NCBI GenBank assembly: GCA_965217775.1
Contig: CBDCJH010000002.1
Location: 1,504,001 to 1,568,000, forward strand
Source of the DNA: Acidobacteriota bacterium
Lineage (GTDB): Bacteria; Acidobacteriota; UBA6911; RPQK01; JAJDTT01
DNA: 64,000 nucleotides
Reading direction: 5' to 3'
Shown here: in pieces, positions 49,948 through 60,662 of the stretch
How the letters are laid out: each line of letters begins with the position of its first letter
Numbering within the stretch: position 1 is the stretch's first letter
The notes under the pieces: generated by a model
The model's database searches: none
What the model saw: only the letters and a program-made list of their open reading frames with translations
What the model was told of the DNA's origin: nothing
Program-made: the position numbers and the translations under genes

Positions 49948-50466
49948 CTAGCCTCCTTTGGCGAGGCGGTGCGTTCCGAAATTGAAAAAGTGGGCTGTTT
50001 GCCGTTGCCACCAGGTCACGGCAACCTGCTCTTTCTCGTCGGCATAACCCATTGCCCGCAGCAGGTCATTGTGGCAGAGCACGTCGAGCACCTGCATGAC
50101 GGGAGGTTCCAAGGCCTCCAGATCCAGACGTTCCTGGGTGACGGCCTTGACCGTCTCCTCGGAGGCATCGGTGCGGAGCCGCTTTTCGAGCAGTGTGAAG
50201 TCCCTGACGAACTGGGCATGTTGGGTCGCCTTGACGGCAAAGGCGAAGACGAGCTTGAGGCTGGAAACGAGCGCAACCCCTAGTCCCAATCCCAGAATCC
50301 ACGACGCACGGTCCTGGACCGCCAAAGCGACCGTTCCGGAGCCGAACAGCAGCAGCAAGAAATTGGTCCATCGATTCACGCCCTCGAAGAACGCTTGGCG
50401 TCTGGAATGGTAGCGGATCGAGCGGCGGACACCGAAAAGGAGATCATCGTATTCGTGGGTCTTCAT
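49948..50466 (-). CDS. 2-TM SLATT-like membrane protein (copy A, 172 aa)
   Basis: DLLFGVRRSIRYHSRRQAFF followed by two TM helices and a helical tail; GAGGAG RBS. Confidence 0.6.
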   Translation of the reverse strand: MKTHEYDDLLFGVRRSIRYHSRRQAFFEGVNRWTNFLLLLFGSGTVALAVQDRASWILGLGLGVALVSSLKLVFAFAVKATQHAQFVRDFTLLEKRLRTDASEETVKAVTQERLDLEALEPPVMQVLDVLCHNDLLRAMGYADEKEQVAVTWWQRQTAHFFNFGTHRLAKGG

Positions 50467-50497
50467 TTCATCACGGCTCCTCATGCTGGCCTCGGGA

Positions 50498-50686
50498 TCA
50501 GGAGCCGCCCTTTCCCGAGCCCTTGCTACCTCCAGGTTTGTCCGCTGACGGTGGAGACACGGTGTCGCGGACCGCTATGTCCTGGGACCGGTTGAAGGCG
50601 GTTGTGGTCTTTTTCCCGGAGGCGGCTGCCTTCCTGGCCGCCCGCCGGGTGGGTCTCCCCGCCGAGGTCGTCTTTTCGGCGCTCAC
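50498..50686 (-). CDS. Small basic, low-complexity peptide upstream of SLATT-like copy A
   Basis: GTG start with GGAG upstream; ...FNRSQDIAVRDTVSPPSADKPGGSKGSGKGGS. Confidence 0.35.
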   Translation of the reverse strand: MSAEKTTSAGRPTRRAARKAAASGKKTTTAFNRSQDIAVRDTVSPPSADKPGGSKGSGKGGS

Positions 50687-50825
50687 AAGGCTGCGTTGAT
50701 CTCCAGTATGTTCGAGGAGGCCAGGAGAAATCCACACCGCCTGACCCGGCACCCGTTCTCCTCCGCTACCCGAACCTGTGCTTGAGTCCCTACTCTGATC
50801 GAGAGTACGGGGCCGCGGCAGGCTC

Positions 50826-51344
50826 TCAATCTTCCTTGGCGAGGCGGTGTATCCCGAGATTGAAGAAGTGGGCCGTCACCCGTTGCCACCAAGCCACGGC
50901 AATCGGATCTTTCTTGCCGGCACGGCCCATTGTCCGCAACAGGGTGTTGTGGCAGAGCGCCCAGACCACATCCTTTCCCGTAGGCGCCAGGAACTCCAGG
51001 TCCATATACTCCTCCATGATGGCCTTGACCGTCTTCCGGGAGGAACTGGCGTAGAGCCGCCTGACGAGCACCGTGTAGTCCCGGTGCAACTCGGCATGCC
51101 GGACCACCTTGACTTCAGAAGCGAAGACGAGCTTGAGAATGGAAACGAGCGCAATCCCCAGTCCCGATCCGAAAATCCACAGCGAACCATCCTGGACCGT
51201 CAGCGCAGCTGTTCCGGCGCCGAGCAGCAACAGCGGGAGGTTGGTCCACCGACCGAGGACCTGGAAGAAGAACAGGCGTCTGGCATGGTAGCAACTCGAA
51301 ATGCGGACCTGGAAAAGAAGATCGTTGTGTTCCTGGTTTTTCAT
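50826..51344 (-). CDS. 2-TM SLATT-like membrane protein (copy B, 172 aa)
   Basis: Collinear paralog of 49948-50466 (NDLLFQVRISSCYHARR...WWQRVTAHFFNLG). Confidence 0.6.
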   Translation of the reverse strand: MKNQEHNDLLFQVRISSCYHARRLFFFQVLGRWTNLPLLLLGAGTAALTVQDGSLWIFGSGLGIALVSILKLVFASEVKVVRHAELHRDYTVLVRRLYASSSRKTVKAIMEEYMDLEFLAPTGKDVVWALCHNTLLRTMGRAGKKDPIAVAWWQRVTAHFFNLGIHRLAKED

Positions 51345-51557
51345 TTTTTCACTTCTCCCGAAGCCGGAATCCCCACCCTCCGGATCTCGCACCTGTGTCT
51401 GAGTCCCTGTTTGAAGTTAACGATCGCATGCCAAGAAAGACGAGTTTCAATCGGTGCCGTTACGCCGTTTCTTCTCTCACTCGCCACTCTTACCCCTCGT
51501 CTTGCGAATAGGCGTTCCGGTTTGCAAGAATGACCCCCCAGCCGAAAGGCGGATTTC

Positions 51558-52394
51558 ATGGTCGAGTCCCTGCTGAAGCGCTTGGATGAAAACGGGTGGC
51601 TCCTGTTGGAGGACGTGATTCCCGCGGACCGTGTGGACGCCGTCCGACGGAACGTTCTAGCCGCACGGGACCGCTCTCTGGAGACAGAGGAAGCCAAGCT
51701 CGTGGCCAAAGACGCCCGGGTCACCACCCGGGGTGGCGCCGTGGTGGGACTCATCAACCTGGACCAGTCCATCGCGCCCTATCTGGCGGACCCGAGGGTC
51801 CTGGCCGTCATCGAGCGGCTCTGGGGAGACTACACCCGGATCGTCTCCCTCGGCGGGCTGATCAGCGATCCGGGCCACCGGGACCGGGTGTGGCACGCGG
51901 ACTGGCCCTTCAACCAGACCAACGCCGCCCATATCCCGGCACCTTATCCCGACTCGGTCCAGGTCCTGACCGGGATCTTCATGCTGACACCCTTTACGGC
52001 CGAGACGGGGGGCACCTTCGTGGTGCCGCGAAGCCACCGCTCTTCCAACAACCCGACAGGAGACAACGGCGTCGACCGCGGGGCGCCCCATCCCACGGAG
52101 GTCCAGGTGACCGGGGAGGCGGGAAGCCTGCTCCTGTTCGACAGCCGCATTTGGCACTCGGCAGCTCCCGTCCTGAGCCGTGAGGCTCGGGTGGCGGCCG
52201 TGGTCCGATACGCCCCCTGGTGGATCAACCTGAATCCGGTGCTGCTCGGCACCGACGACCATTCCCGAATCGTGGCCGAAACCAACGGCAAGCCCTACCT
52301 GGTGCCGCTGGTCAAACGGGAAGTTTTCGAGTCCCTGCCTGATACGGTCCAGCCGCTGTTCCGGCATTGGGTTGACCGCGGAGCCCAACGATAG
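51558..52394 (+). CDS. Phytanoyl-CoA dioxygenase (PhyH) family Fe(II)/2OG oxygenase
   Basis: WHADWP (HxD), GGTFVVPRSH, LFDSRIWH. Confidence 0.88.
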   Translation: MVESLLKRLDENGWLLLEDVIPADRVDAVRRNVLAARDRSLETEEAKLVAKDARVTTRGGAVVGLINLDQSIAPYLADPRVLAVIERLWGDYTRIVSLGGLISDPGHRDRVWHADWPFNQTNAAHIPAPYPDSVQVLTGIFMLTPFTAETGGTFVVPRSHRSSNNPTGDNGVDRGAPHPTEVQVTGEAGSLLLFDSRIWHSAAPVLSREARVAAVVRYAPWWINLNPVLLGTDDHSRIVAETNGKPYLVPLVKREVFESLPDTVQPLFRHWVDRGAQR

Positions 52395-52422
52395 CGCCAC
52401 CGATCGGGGAAATTCCCGCGAC

Positions 52423-54063
52423 TCACCAGAAAACGTAGAAAACGAGGGTCAGGGAAGCGGCCGTCACCACACTGGCCCAGAGGACGGGACGGGCCCACAA
52501 CGGCACGGCGCGGCCGTGCGCCTCGAAGGGAGAATTCACCAGATCGGGCACGCCCTGGCGGGACCGGTCCAGCCAGCCTCCAACCCGCCCCCGGGGCAGG
52601 GCAGACGCCGGATCCCGGCCCAGAATCAGGGAGGTCAGGATCATGGCCCCTGACGTGGCGACGATGCTCCAGACGTAGGCCGCGAACTTGTCGGTGAACC
52701 AGACCGGAAACAGATCCAGGCCGGACCCCACCAGCGCCAGGACGCCGTAGCCGGAACCGACCGCCAGGCCGACGATCCCGCTCCGCCGGTGGACTCGCGT
52801 GAAGACCCCCATCAGGTAGACGGTCATGAGAGGAATGACGAACACGCTGGTGACGCGGATGAAGAAACCGGCGATGTTCTCGAAGCGGAGAATAAAGGGA
52901 ATGTAGGCGAAGGAGGCGGCCACGACGAAGGGGGTCACCCAGCGGCTGACGCGGAAATAGTGGCTGTCTTCCCGGTCCCGGACGAAGAGACGGGCGTAGA
53001 TGTCCCGGGTGAAGAGGGCGGCCAGAGCCGAGCCGATCCCTTCGTAGGTGGTGATCGCCGCCGCAATCACTCCGGCCACCACGATTCCCTTCAGCCCCGG
53101 TCCCAGGAATTCGTTCACGAGGAGAGGGTAGATCTGATCGGGTCGTTGCAGGGTCTCGGGCCAGACGGCCCGGCCCAGGATCCCCAGGGTCCCGTTGAAG
53201 TACATCAGGACTATGGTCATCCCCGAGGCCAGGAGAACGGACATCTTCACGTCCCAAAGCGACCGGGCGCCGAACAGCTTCATGGTCTCGCTGTGGTTCA
53301 CGATGGGGTACGCGGCTCCGATGATGAGCCACGCCGCGGTCACCACCAGGGGATCGGGGCTGCCTGGCCGCGAGACGCCGATATGCAGCAGATAGCCGGG
53401 CAGGTCGGCTCCCCCCTTGAGGGCCAGTTTCTCCATGGCGCCCGACCAGCCGCCGGCCACGTTCCAGAGCACGGACCACAAGACCAGGACCCCCGTGACC
53501 ATGGCCACCGTCAGGAGCGCGTCGACCCAGGCGATGGTCTTGAGTCCTCCCCGGGCCGAGTACAGGGTGGCCATGGCCGCAAACGCCGCCACGGCGATCC
53601 AGGCCCAGGTCTCGTCCAGACCCATGACCAGCGTGAGCGTCAGTTGGAGGGAGATGGCGATTCCCGCCAGGATGTTGGTTCGGTACTGAAACTGCACCAG
53701 GGCGCTGACCACCCGGGCCGCCGGTCCGAATCGATACTCCAGGTATTCGGCGTTGGTGAACAACCCGGCCCGGTACATGGGAGGCAATACGAAGAAGGCT
53801 GCGATGGTGTACCCCGTCACCACTCCCAGCCACCAGGTCGTGAGGACGGAAATGCCCTCGACGTAGGTCATCCCGTTGACCCCCACGATGTCCCCGCTGT
53901 CGACGGAGGTGGCGAACAGGGAGATGGCCACGATCCAGAAGGGGAGACTGCGGCCGCCCAGGAACCAGTCGAGATTCGTCTTGGTTTCCCGCGAACGCAC
54001 CAAGCCGTAGCCGAAGACCAACAGGTTGAGGCCGAGGACGATGACCCAGTCTATGGTGGACAT
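52423..54063 (-). CDS. Sodium:solute symporter (SLC5/SSF)
   Basis: FLGGRSLP, SLFAT, TNAEYLEYRF, YSARGGLK, GPGLKGIVVAG. Confidence 0.9.
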   Translation of the reverse strand: MSTIDWVIVLGLNLLVFGYGLVRSRETKTNLDWFLGGRSLPFWIVAISLFATSVDSGDIVGVNGMTYVEGISVLTTWWLGVVTGYTIAAFFVLPPMYRAGLFTNAEYLEYRFGPAARVVSALVQFQYRTNILAGIAISLQLTLTLVMGLDETWAWIAVAAFAAMATLYSARGGLKTIAWVDALLTVAMVTGVLVLWSVLWNVAGGWSGAMEKLALKGGADLPGYLLHIGVSRPGSPDPLVVTAAWLIIGAAYPIVNHSETMKLFGARSLWDVKMSVLLASGMTIVLMYFNGTLGILGRAVWPETLQRPDQIYPLLVNEFLGPGLKGIVVAGVIAAAITTYEGIGSALAALFTRDIYARLFVRDREDSHYFRVSRWVTPFVVAASFAYIPFILRFENIAGFFIRVTSVFVIPLMTVYLMGVFTRVHRRSGIVGLAVGSGYGVLALVGSGLDLFPVWFTDKFAAYVWSIVATSGAMILTSLILGRDPASALPRGRVGGWLDRSRQGVPDLVNSPFEAHGRAVPLWARPVLWASVVTAASLTLVFYVFW

Positions 54064-54102
54064 TTCAATTCAGCCCCTATTCCCGGCGGAGGCCCGCAGG
54101 TT

Positions 54103-55215
54103 TCAGAGAGCAGGCCGGCTCCGCTCCGCGTACCCGGTCAATTCCACGTACCCCTGTCCCAGCCGGACGCCCGTCGGCGTCTCGATCTTCACCGGACCCT
54201 CCCAGTAGGCGAGTCCCGGCAGGAGCCGGCTCACATTCTCGGAGTCGGGAAGCTCCGGCGTCACCATCATCTCCAGTCCCTCGTCCGGGAGTCCCACCCG
54301 CCACCCGGCGGGATAGCGGGCGCCGTTGTGAGGACTCGTCCAGGAGCCGGTGGCCCGGACCCACCACATCTCCGGTCCCAGGTACCGGGTTTGTCCTTCC
54401 TTGGAGATCAACGTCCCGTGGACGAAATCCGCCCGGTTGTCCAGATCCCTCAGAACGTAGAGCATCAGGTCGCGGCCGTCGTCCAACTGCAGGCTGAACC
54501 AGTCCCATCCGATCTGACGGGCTCCCAACTGATTGGAGCCGAACTCCTTGTCCATCCAGGAGACGCCTTCCACAGCGTGTTCCTCGCCTCCGATGGAAAT
54601 GCGGCCGCGGGTCGCCATCCGGGTGAAGCTGTAGTATTGGCTCGCGGAGCCGTCCTCTCCCCCCTTGATACTGTAGCCGTTGGGACCCTGAAAAATCGGG
54701 CCCTTGGTCCCACGCGTCTTGAGCCGGAAGGAAAAGTCCTGGCTCTCGTCCGAGGCAGCGAGGTCAAAGCCTTCGCCGTTCCAGTGCAGGCTCCAGCGGC
54801 CGGAACTGCCGGCGGGAGCCCGGCTCCAAGCGATGAGCGGCCCCGATCCGTCCCCGAATTCTCCCAACAGCGGCATGGCTCGATAGAGGATCTCGGAGAA
54901 GAGATGCCGCTTGCCCGTCAGGTCGGTCACGGCCGCGTGCCCCATGATGACATCCCGGGACGTCCAGGCGGAGTCCAACGGCGGCGACGAGGGCTGGAGA
55001 CCGACCCGGAAGAAGGTGAACTGGTAGCCGAACCGGCGCGGGGTCTCCTCCCCGGTCTGCAGGTGTCCCGTGAAGTACCACCATTCGGTGCGATAGCCGG
55101 TTCGGGCCCAGTGATCCTGGGGGAAGGACCAGGCGTAGTCGGGGCGGGCCGGCTTCCAATCGAGGGGCGCCCCCAGCAGACTCAGGAAAACCAGAGCTCC
55201 GGCAAGGAATGGCAT
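54103..55215 (-). CDS. Lipocalin-like / CrtC-AttH family secreted protein
   Basis: FPQDH...TEWWYFTG, GYQFTFFR, SYYSF-like QYYSFTR, WMDKEF, GWDWF, YWEG, GYVELTGY. Confidence 0.88.
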   Translation of the reverse strand: MPFLAGALVFLSLLGAPLDWKPARPDYAWSFPQDHWARTGYRTEWWYFTGHLQTGEETPRRFGYQFTFFRVGLQPSSPPLDSAWTSRDVIMGHAAVTDLTGKRHLFSEILYRAMPLLGEFGDGSGPLIAWSRAPAGSSGRWSLHWNGEGFDLAASDESQDFSFRLKTRGTKGPIFQGPNGYSIKGGEDGSASQYYSFTRMATRGRISIGGEEHAVEGVSWMDKEFGSNQLGARQIGWDWFSLQLDDGRDLMLYVLRDLDNRADFVHGTLISKEGQTRYLGPEMWWVRATGSWTSPHNGARYPAGWRVGLPDEGLEMMVTPELPDSENVSRLLPGLAYWEGPVKIETPTGVRLGQGYVELTGYAERSRPAL

Positions 55216-55220
55216 CTGCG

Positions 55221-57743
55221 TTAAAGGTCCTCTCGGCTGAGCTGTGTCGCCGGTGTCCGGCTGGCCGCCAGCGCCGGGTACACGCTCGCCAGCACCGCCG
55301 CTGCCAGGATGGTCGCGGACTGGGCCAAGACCGTTCCCCACGGCCAGTGGACCTGGATGGTCCACCCGAAGTAGGCCCGGTTGATGACGAAGACCAGGAT
55401 GGCGGCCAGGATGATTCCACCAGCGAGACCGAGGGCGAGACCGGTGACGCCCATCCCCAACCCCTTGCCCACGAAGATCCGAAAGAGCTGAGACCGCCGG
55501 GCGCCGAGGGAACGGTAGAGGGCCAGCTCGGCCGACTCTTCCCGGGCCAGCACCAACAACGTCAATATGATCCCCGCGACGGCGATCAGCAGGCTCGTCC
55601 CCTGCAGCAGACGGGTGACGGCAAAGGTCTGGTCGAAGATCTCCATCACCTCCTGGCGCAGTTTCCGGTTGCTTCGAAACAGGAGAGATTCTCCTGCGTG
55701 CGCCGCCCGGAGGCGGTCGACGGTCTCGCCGGTGTCGGCTCCCGGCCTCAGGTAGAGGGCCATGCTTTGGACGGGCCCCGGACCAAAGAAATTCTCCAGG
55801 GTCTCCAGCCCGACCACGGCCAGTCCCGTTCCGGGCTGATAGTCGTAGTAGATGCCGGCGATGGGAAGGCTCACGGCACCCTCTGGTGTCGCCAATGGGA
55901 GGCGATCCCCCGGCTCCAGACCGCGCCGCCGGGCCAGAGTCTCGCCCACTAATGCTGCGCCATCGTCCCGGAACTGCCTGTAGACGGCGTCCGGATCCCC
56001 ACCCGCAAGAGGGAATCGAGCCTCTCCCCCGGGAAGTCCGGTCTCGACGCCGGCCAGAAAGATGCGCTCACTCCCGGATTGGACCGTCAGCCTCCGGTAA
56101 CGGTCGAAGGCCACGACATCCTCGCCACGAGACAATTCGGAAACCAGCTCCGGGCTCAGGGCGGCCTCGTCGCCTCTGCCCCTCCAGGACTCGGTCTTGA
56201 CGTAGACATCCGCCTGGACCGAGGTCTGCAACCAGACTTCCAAGGTTTTACGAAAGCTGCTGGTCTTGAGGGTCACGCCGACCATCATGCTGACCGCGAT
56301 GGCCAGCGAGGAGGCCGTGAAGACGGTGGTGGTCCAGCGCCCCGCCAGGGATCGGAAACCGTATCCCACGCCCAGCCCGGACAGGGGCAGCAGCGATGCC
56401 GCCCGGACCAGGAGGGGAGTAAACAGCGGGATGGCCACCAACAGAGCGATCCCCAGAACGAAGCCGGCCGGGCGCCAGTCCGCGGCGAACCGGTACCAGA
56501 CCGCCGCCAGCGCCAGAATACCGGTCCCGGCCAGCGCCAGGGGAATCGCCGACGTCCGCACCTTCTCCTGCAGGAGGCGGGAAGAGAGGAGCGACCTGGG
56601 AGGGGAGAGACAGAGGTCCAGGGCAGGGAGCAGGGTCCCGGCCAGCGCGGCGCCCATGCCGGCCGCGGCGCCCGCCAGGTAGACCCACGGCGGAACCTGC
56701 AGGGAGGTGATCTCGTTCAGGAGATAGACCTGCGTCAGAGTGGCGCTGACGGCGTCCACGTTGGCTCTGGCGGCCCAATAGCCCAAGCCGGTTCCCAGGA
56801 CGACTCCCAGCGCACCCACCAAGGCCGCTTCGAAGGTGATGAGGCCCAATAGTTGGGCTCTGGTCGCTCCCACGGCCCGGAGCACACCGAACTCGCGCCT
56901 CCGGCGCACCAGCAGCGCCTGGGAGCTAGTGTAGACGACGAAGCTGCCGACGAAGAGGCTGATCAGGCTCAGCGCCGTCAGGTTCAGGCGGAACGCGCTC
57001 AGGAGACCGGCCGCCTCGTCCTCTCTCTGCGTCGGAGTCAAAACTTCCACCGAAGGACCCAGGCGCCGTTCCAGGAGCACCTTGAGATCTGCGCGATCTT
57101 CAGCCGCTGCCTCGACATGGATCTCGTGCAACTCGCCCGGCCGGCCCAGCAGGCCCTGGACCTGGGAGATGTCCATGACGGCCAGCTTGGCCCCGGCCAG
57201 GGTCGTGACTCGAGCGAAGTCCACCAGGGCGCCGATGACCAGGCGGGCCTCCCGCGGGCCGCAGGAAACCTCGATCGAATCTCCCACCGACCAGCCTTGG
57301 GTCCGGGCAAGCTCCGGAGTCACGGCCATCCAACCGGGTTGGGTCAATGCCTCGGACGCTTTCTCCCGGCCCAGCAGCTTCAGACTCTCTCTCGAGGCCG
57401 GAGCAAGGAGATCGATGCCCATCACTTCCAGGAGCAATGAATCCGAGCCCTTGACCGCCACGTCCAGCCGGTAGACGGGCCAGGCTCCCCGGACGCCCCG
57501 GGTGCCGAGCACTTCCGGAAAGAGGCTCTCGTTCAGGGTCTGGTTCAAGCCCCGGACGGTGAGGTCCGCTTCCGATCCCACGGCCCGGAGGGCTCCCCGG
57601 AACGCGGCCACGGCGCTCAGGTTGATGATCTGGACCGAGAGGACCGAGGCGACGCCCAGGGCGACGCCGAAGACCGTCAAGGCATAGAGCGACCGGCCCG
57701 CCCGGAGGCGCGTCTTCAACGTGGGCAGCAGGTAGCGCCTCAT
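55221..57743 (-). CDS. ABC transporter permease (FtsX/MacB-like, duplicated)
   Basis: GVALGVA, RRREFGVLRAVGA, second repeat ALYRSLGA; ATGA overlap with the ATPase gene. Confidence 0.9.
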   Translation of the reverse strand: MRRYLLPTLKTRLRAGRSLYALTVFGVALGVASVLSVQIINLSAVAAFRGALRAVGSEADLTVRGLNQTLNESLFPEVLGTRGVRGAWPVYRLDVAVKGSDSLLLEVMGIDLLAPASRESLKLLGREKASEALTQPGWMAVTPELARTQGWSVGDSIEVSCGPREARLVIGALVDFARVTTLAGAKLAVMDISQVQGLLGRPGELHEIHVEAAAEDRADLKVLLERRLGPSVEVLTPTQREDEAAGLLSAFRLNLTALSLISLFVGSFVVYTSSQALLVRRRREFGVLRAVGATRAQLLGLITFEAALVGALGVVLGTGLGYWAARANVDAVSATLTQVYLLNEITSLQVPPWVYLAGAAAGMGAALAGTLLPALDLCLSPPRSLLSSRLLQEKVRTSAIPLALAGTGILALAAVWYRFAADWRPAGFVLGIALLVAIPLFTPLLVRAASLLPLSGLGVGYGFRSLAGRWTTTVFTASSLAIAVSMMVGVTLKTSSFRKTLEVWLQTSVQADVYVKTESWRGRGDEAALSPELVSELSRGEDVVAFDRYRRLTVQSGSERIFLAGVETGLPGGEARFPLAGGDPDAVYRQFRDDGAALVGETLARRRGLEPGDRLPLATPEGAVSLPIAGIYYDYQPGTGLAVVGLETLENFFGPGPVQSMALYLRPGADTGETVDRLRAAHAGESLLFRSNRKLRQEVMEIFDQTFAVTRLLQGTSLLIAVAGIILTLLVLAREESAELALYRSLGARRSQLFRIFVGKGLGMGVTGLALGLAGGIILAAILVFVINRAYFGWTIQVHWPWGTVLAQSATILAAAVLASVYPALAASRTPATQLSREDL

Positions 57744-58420
57744 GCGGCGTCCAGGACCCCACTGTGGATCTGCCAAACGTCATCGGCCAGCCCCGCCAGT
57801 TCCCGGCTGTGGGTGACGTAGAGCAGTGTCGCGCCCTCCTGAGTCACCAGTTCCAGCATCAGTTCCAGGACGAGCCACGAATTCTCGTCGTCCAGGTTCC
57901 CTGTGGGCTCGTCGGCGAGAATGAGCCGGGGACGTTGCAAGAGAGCCCGGCAAATGGCGACGCGCTGCATCTCTCCGCCGCTCAGGTTGCTGACCGGATC
58001 CTCGGCGCGATCGGCCAGGCCGACCCGTTCCAACAACTTCAGCACCCGGGGTTCGAAATCACGTTGTTTCGCACCGGCCACCAGTGCCGGGAGAGCTACG
58101 TTCTCCCGGACCGGCAGGTGAGGCAGGAGATGGAAGAACTGGAAGACGAGGCCGATCTCGTTTCTGCGCAACAGGGTCCGGTCACGGTCCGAGAAGCGGG
58201 TCAGGTCCTTGCCCAGAACCTCGACCCGGCCGCGGGTCGGAAGGTCGATGCCTGCGGCCAGATGAAGGAGGGTGGATTTGCCGCTGCCGCTTCGGCCCAC
58301 GATGGCGACGCGGCGTCCGGGCGGCACCTGAAAGGAGACGTCGTGAAGCGCCGTCAGCCCTCCTCCGGCGGATTCCCCGTAGGTCTTCGAGACGTGTGAA
58401 AACGCCAGGATGGGAGTCAT
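57740..58420 (-). CDS. ABC transporter ATP-binding protein (LolD/MacB type), copy 1
   Basis: [33 protein letters not shown]. Confidence 0.92.
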   Translation of the reverse strand: MTPILAFSHVSKTYGESAGGGLTALHDVSFQVPPGRRVAIVGRSGSGKSTLLHLAAGIDLPTRGRVEVLGKDLTRFSDRDRTLLRRNEIGLVFQFFHLLPHLPVRENVALPALVAGAKQRDFEPRVLKLLERVGLADRAEDPVSNLSGGEMQRVAICRALLQRPRLILADEPTGNLDDENSWLVLELMLELVTQEGATLLYVTHSRELAGLADDVWQIHSGVLDAA

Positions 58421-58745
58421 CTCGGTGCTTGGATCATGGATGGCTTTGTGGCGTTCCCGCAGGGGCGTCCCTTGTGGGTCCGTTTCTTGGGTTCCCTTGG
58501 AGATCATGCTTATCGGTTTGGATACCATTGGCTCCAAGCTTGAGTGCTCAGCATGAGATCATCCTGGCAGTCGATTGCCGGCATGTTTTTACCGCCGACT
58601 GCTAAAATACAAGGATCGCACCCATGGAAACACCTGTGACACACATCCGTGGTCCGCGGCGAATCCCCGCGTGATGTCGTAAATTGCCCCTCGACAGGCA
58701 CGGCGAAGCGAATGAAATGAACACCGGAATAATGGACCGCATCGA

Positions 58746-60662
58746 ATGCGGATAACTCGAATCAGTATCCGGAACTTCCGATCGATACGGCATCTCGTCG
58801 TGGACTTGGGGGAGACAACGGTGTTCGTCGGTCCGAACAACGCTGGAAAGACGGCAATCCTCGACGCGCTGCGCATCGCACTGACCCGCCGCTGGGGGCA
58901 GCACGGGACCGGATTCACCGAATACGACGTGCATCTTGACAGCGACATCGTTGATCCGAAGAACTCGCCCGGTGTGAGCATCGAGCTTAGCGCGGAGGAA
59001 TCGTTGCCGGGGGAGTGGCCGGATGCTGTCTCCCAAGCTCTCGGTCAGATTGTACAACTGGACCCCGCCACCGGTCTTCGCTCCATTGGACTGCGAACGC
59101 GCTGTGCGTGGAGCGAGGAAAGCGGCGCTTTCGAGCCGAGTTGGGAATTTCTTGATGCGGCGCGCATGCCGCTCGTCGGACGGAGCGCCCGCCGCGTCAA
59201 CCTGGAGCAATTTTGGCGCTATCTGCCGGTATTCTATTTGGGTGCGCTTCGGGACGTGGGCGACGAGTTCTCGCCCCGTTCGAAATTCTGGGGCCGCCTA
59301 CTCAAGGCGTTGGAGATTCCTGCCGGCCTGGAGGCGCGGGCACAGCGGGTGCTCGGGCTGCTCAACCGCCACCTGCTGCAGGCGGACCCGCGTCTGCGGA
59401 AGATTGCCGATACGTTGTCCAGTGCCACCAGAATCGCGGCCCGCGACCGGGACGGCAGCGTGGATTTGAGTATGGTGCCGCTTAAGACCTGGGATCTGCT
59501 CTCCAAGGCCGAGATCATCCTGCGAAACGAACCCGATTCTCCGTGGCTGCCCCTCCGGCGCCAGGGACAAGGGATCCAAAGCCTTTCGGTCATCTTCCTG
59601 TTCCAGGCGTTCGTCGAGCATCTCTTGCGCGAGCTGTACGAGCGGCACAGCGAACCGGTGCTTGCCTTGGAGGAGCCGGAGACCCACCTCCACCCCCAAG
59701 CCACGCGCACGCTATGGCGACACGTCAACAAGCTGCCCGGCCAGAAGATTGTGACGACCCACTCGCCGTATTTCGTCCAGCATGTACCCTTCAGGGATAT
59801 TCGTCTGGTCCGTCTCGGCAGGCACGGAACGGAGGTGCGATCTCTCCCGGCGAGTTTCTCTGTTGCGCTTCCGGACCTTGACGGACTCAATGCCGTGATG
59901 AACCAATCGGGCGGACGGCTGCATTACGAGAAGGCATCGGAAACCCTTACCGTCGATGGCGCACTCGACGAAAGGAGCTACCGCGCGCTGCTCAGGTGCT
60001 GCGGACAGCACGACGATCGGGCCGATCTCGAAATGGTGTTGAAGGATTTACGGGATCGGTCCTCCCGGTACATCGACGACGACGAGCTTCGGTCGCTTGA
60101 AACCTACGCCCTGCGCATGCGCGGCGAGATCTTCTTCGCCGAGCGTTGGATGATCGTGGAAGGGCAAGCCGATTTCCTGATTCTCCATGCGCTGGCGAGT
60201 GCGATGGACTACGACTTCGACGAGCACGGTGTATCCGTCATCGACGCTCAGAACAACGGCAATCCCGCCACGTTCGCAGCGCTCGCCCGGGCACTCGACA
60301 TTCCCTGGTTGGCCGCGTTCGACGGTGACAATGCGGGGCGGGGTTACGTGCAGGCCGTCGCTAGGCGCGGGTTCAGTGGCGAAGAACTGAGAAGACGATG
60401 CCGAACGCATGACGCCGGTGATCTGGAAGCACAGCTCGTTGCCGATGGGATTGCCCCGGAGTTGCGCGAAATCCTGACCGAATTGGGTGTCCCAGTTGCG
60501 GCCGCTACGACGGACGAAGCGCTCCTTCAGCGATTGAGAGGCGACAAGAAGACCGCTTACGCGGCGGCGCTCGCCGCCCGTTTTCGCACCGATCGGAGCC
60601 TGGTACAGCGTGCGCCGAGGGCGTTCCGGGCGGCCATCGAGCAGTTGCCGGGGCTGACGTGA
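58746..60662 (+). CDS. OLD-family ATP-dependent endonuclease (GajA-like)
   Basis: IRNFRSI, GPNNAGKT, QGQGIQSL, LEEPETHLHP, TTHSP; TOPRIM EIFFAERWMIVEGQAD and FDGD. Confidence 0.85.
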   Translation: MRITRISIRNFRSIRHLVVDLGETTVFVGPNNAGKTAILDALRIALTRRWGQHGTGFTEYDVHLDSDIVDPKNSPGVSIELSAEESLPGEWPDAVSQALGQIVQLDPATGLRSIGLRTRCAWSEESGAFEPSWEFLDAARMPLVGRSARRVNLEQFWRYLPVFYLGALRDVGDEFSPRSKFWGRLLKALEIPAGLEARAQRVLGLLNRHLLQADPRLRKIADTLSSATRIAARDRDGSVDLSMVPLKTWDLLSKAEIILRNEPDSPWLPLRRQGQGIQSLSVIFLFQAFVEHLLRELYERHSEPVLALEEPETHLHPQATRTLWRHVNKLPGQKIVTTHSPYFVQHVPFRDIRLVRLGRHGTEVRSLPASFSVALPDLDGLNAVMNQSGGRLHYEKASETLTVDGALDERSYRALLRCCGQHDDRADLEMVLKDLRDRSSRYIDDDELRSLETYALRMRGEIFFAERWMIVEGQADFLILHALASAMDYDFDEHGVSVIDAQNNGNPATFAALARALDIPWLAAFDGDNAGRGYVQAVARRGFSGEELRRRCRTHDAGDLEAQLVADGIAPELREILTELGVPVAAATTDEALLQRLRGDKKTAYAAALAARFRTDRSLVQRAPRAFRAAIEQLPGLT

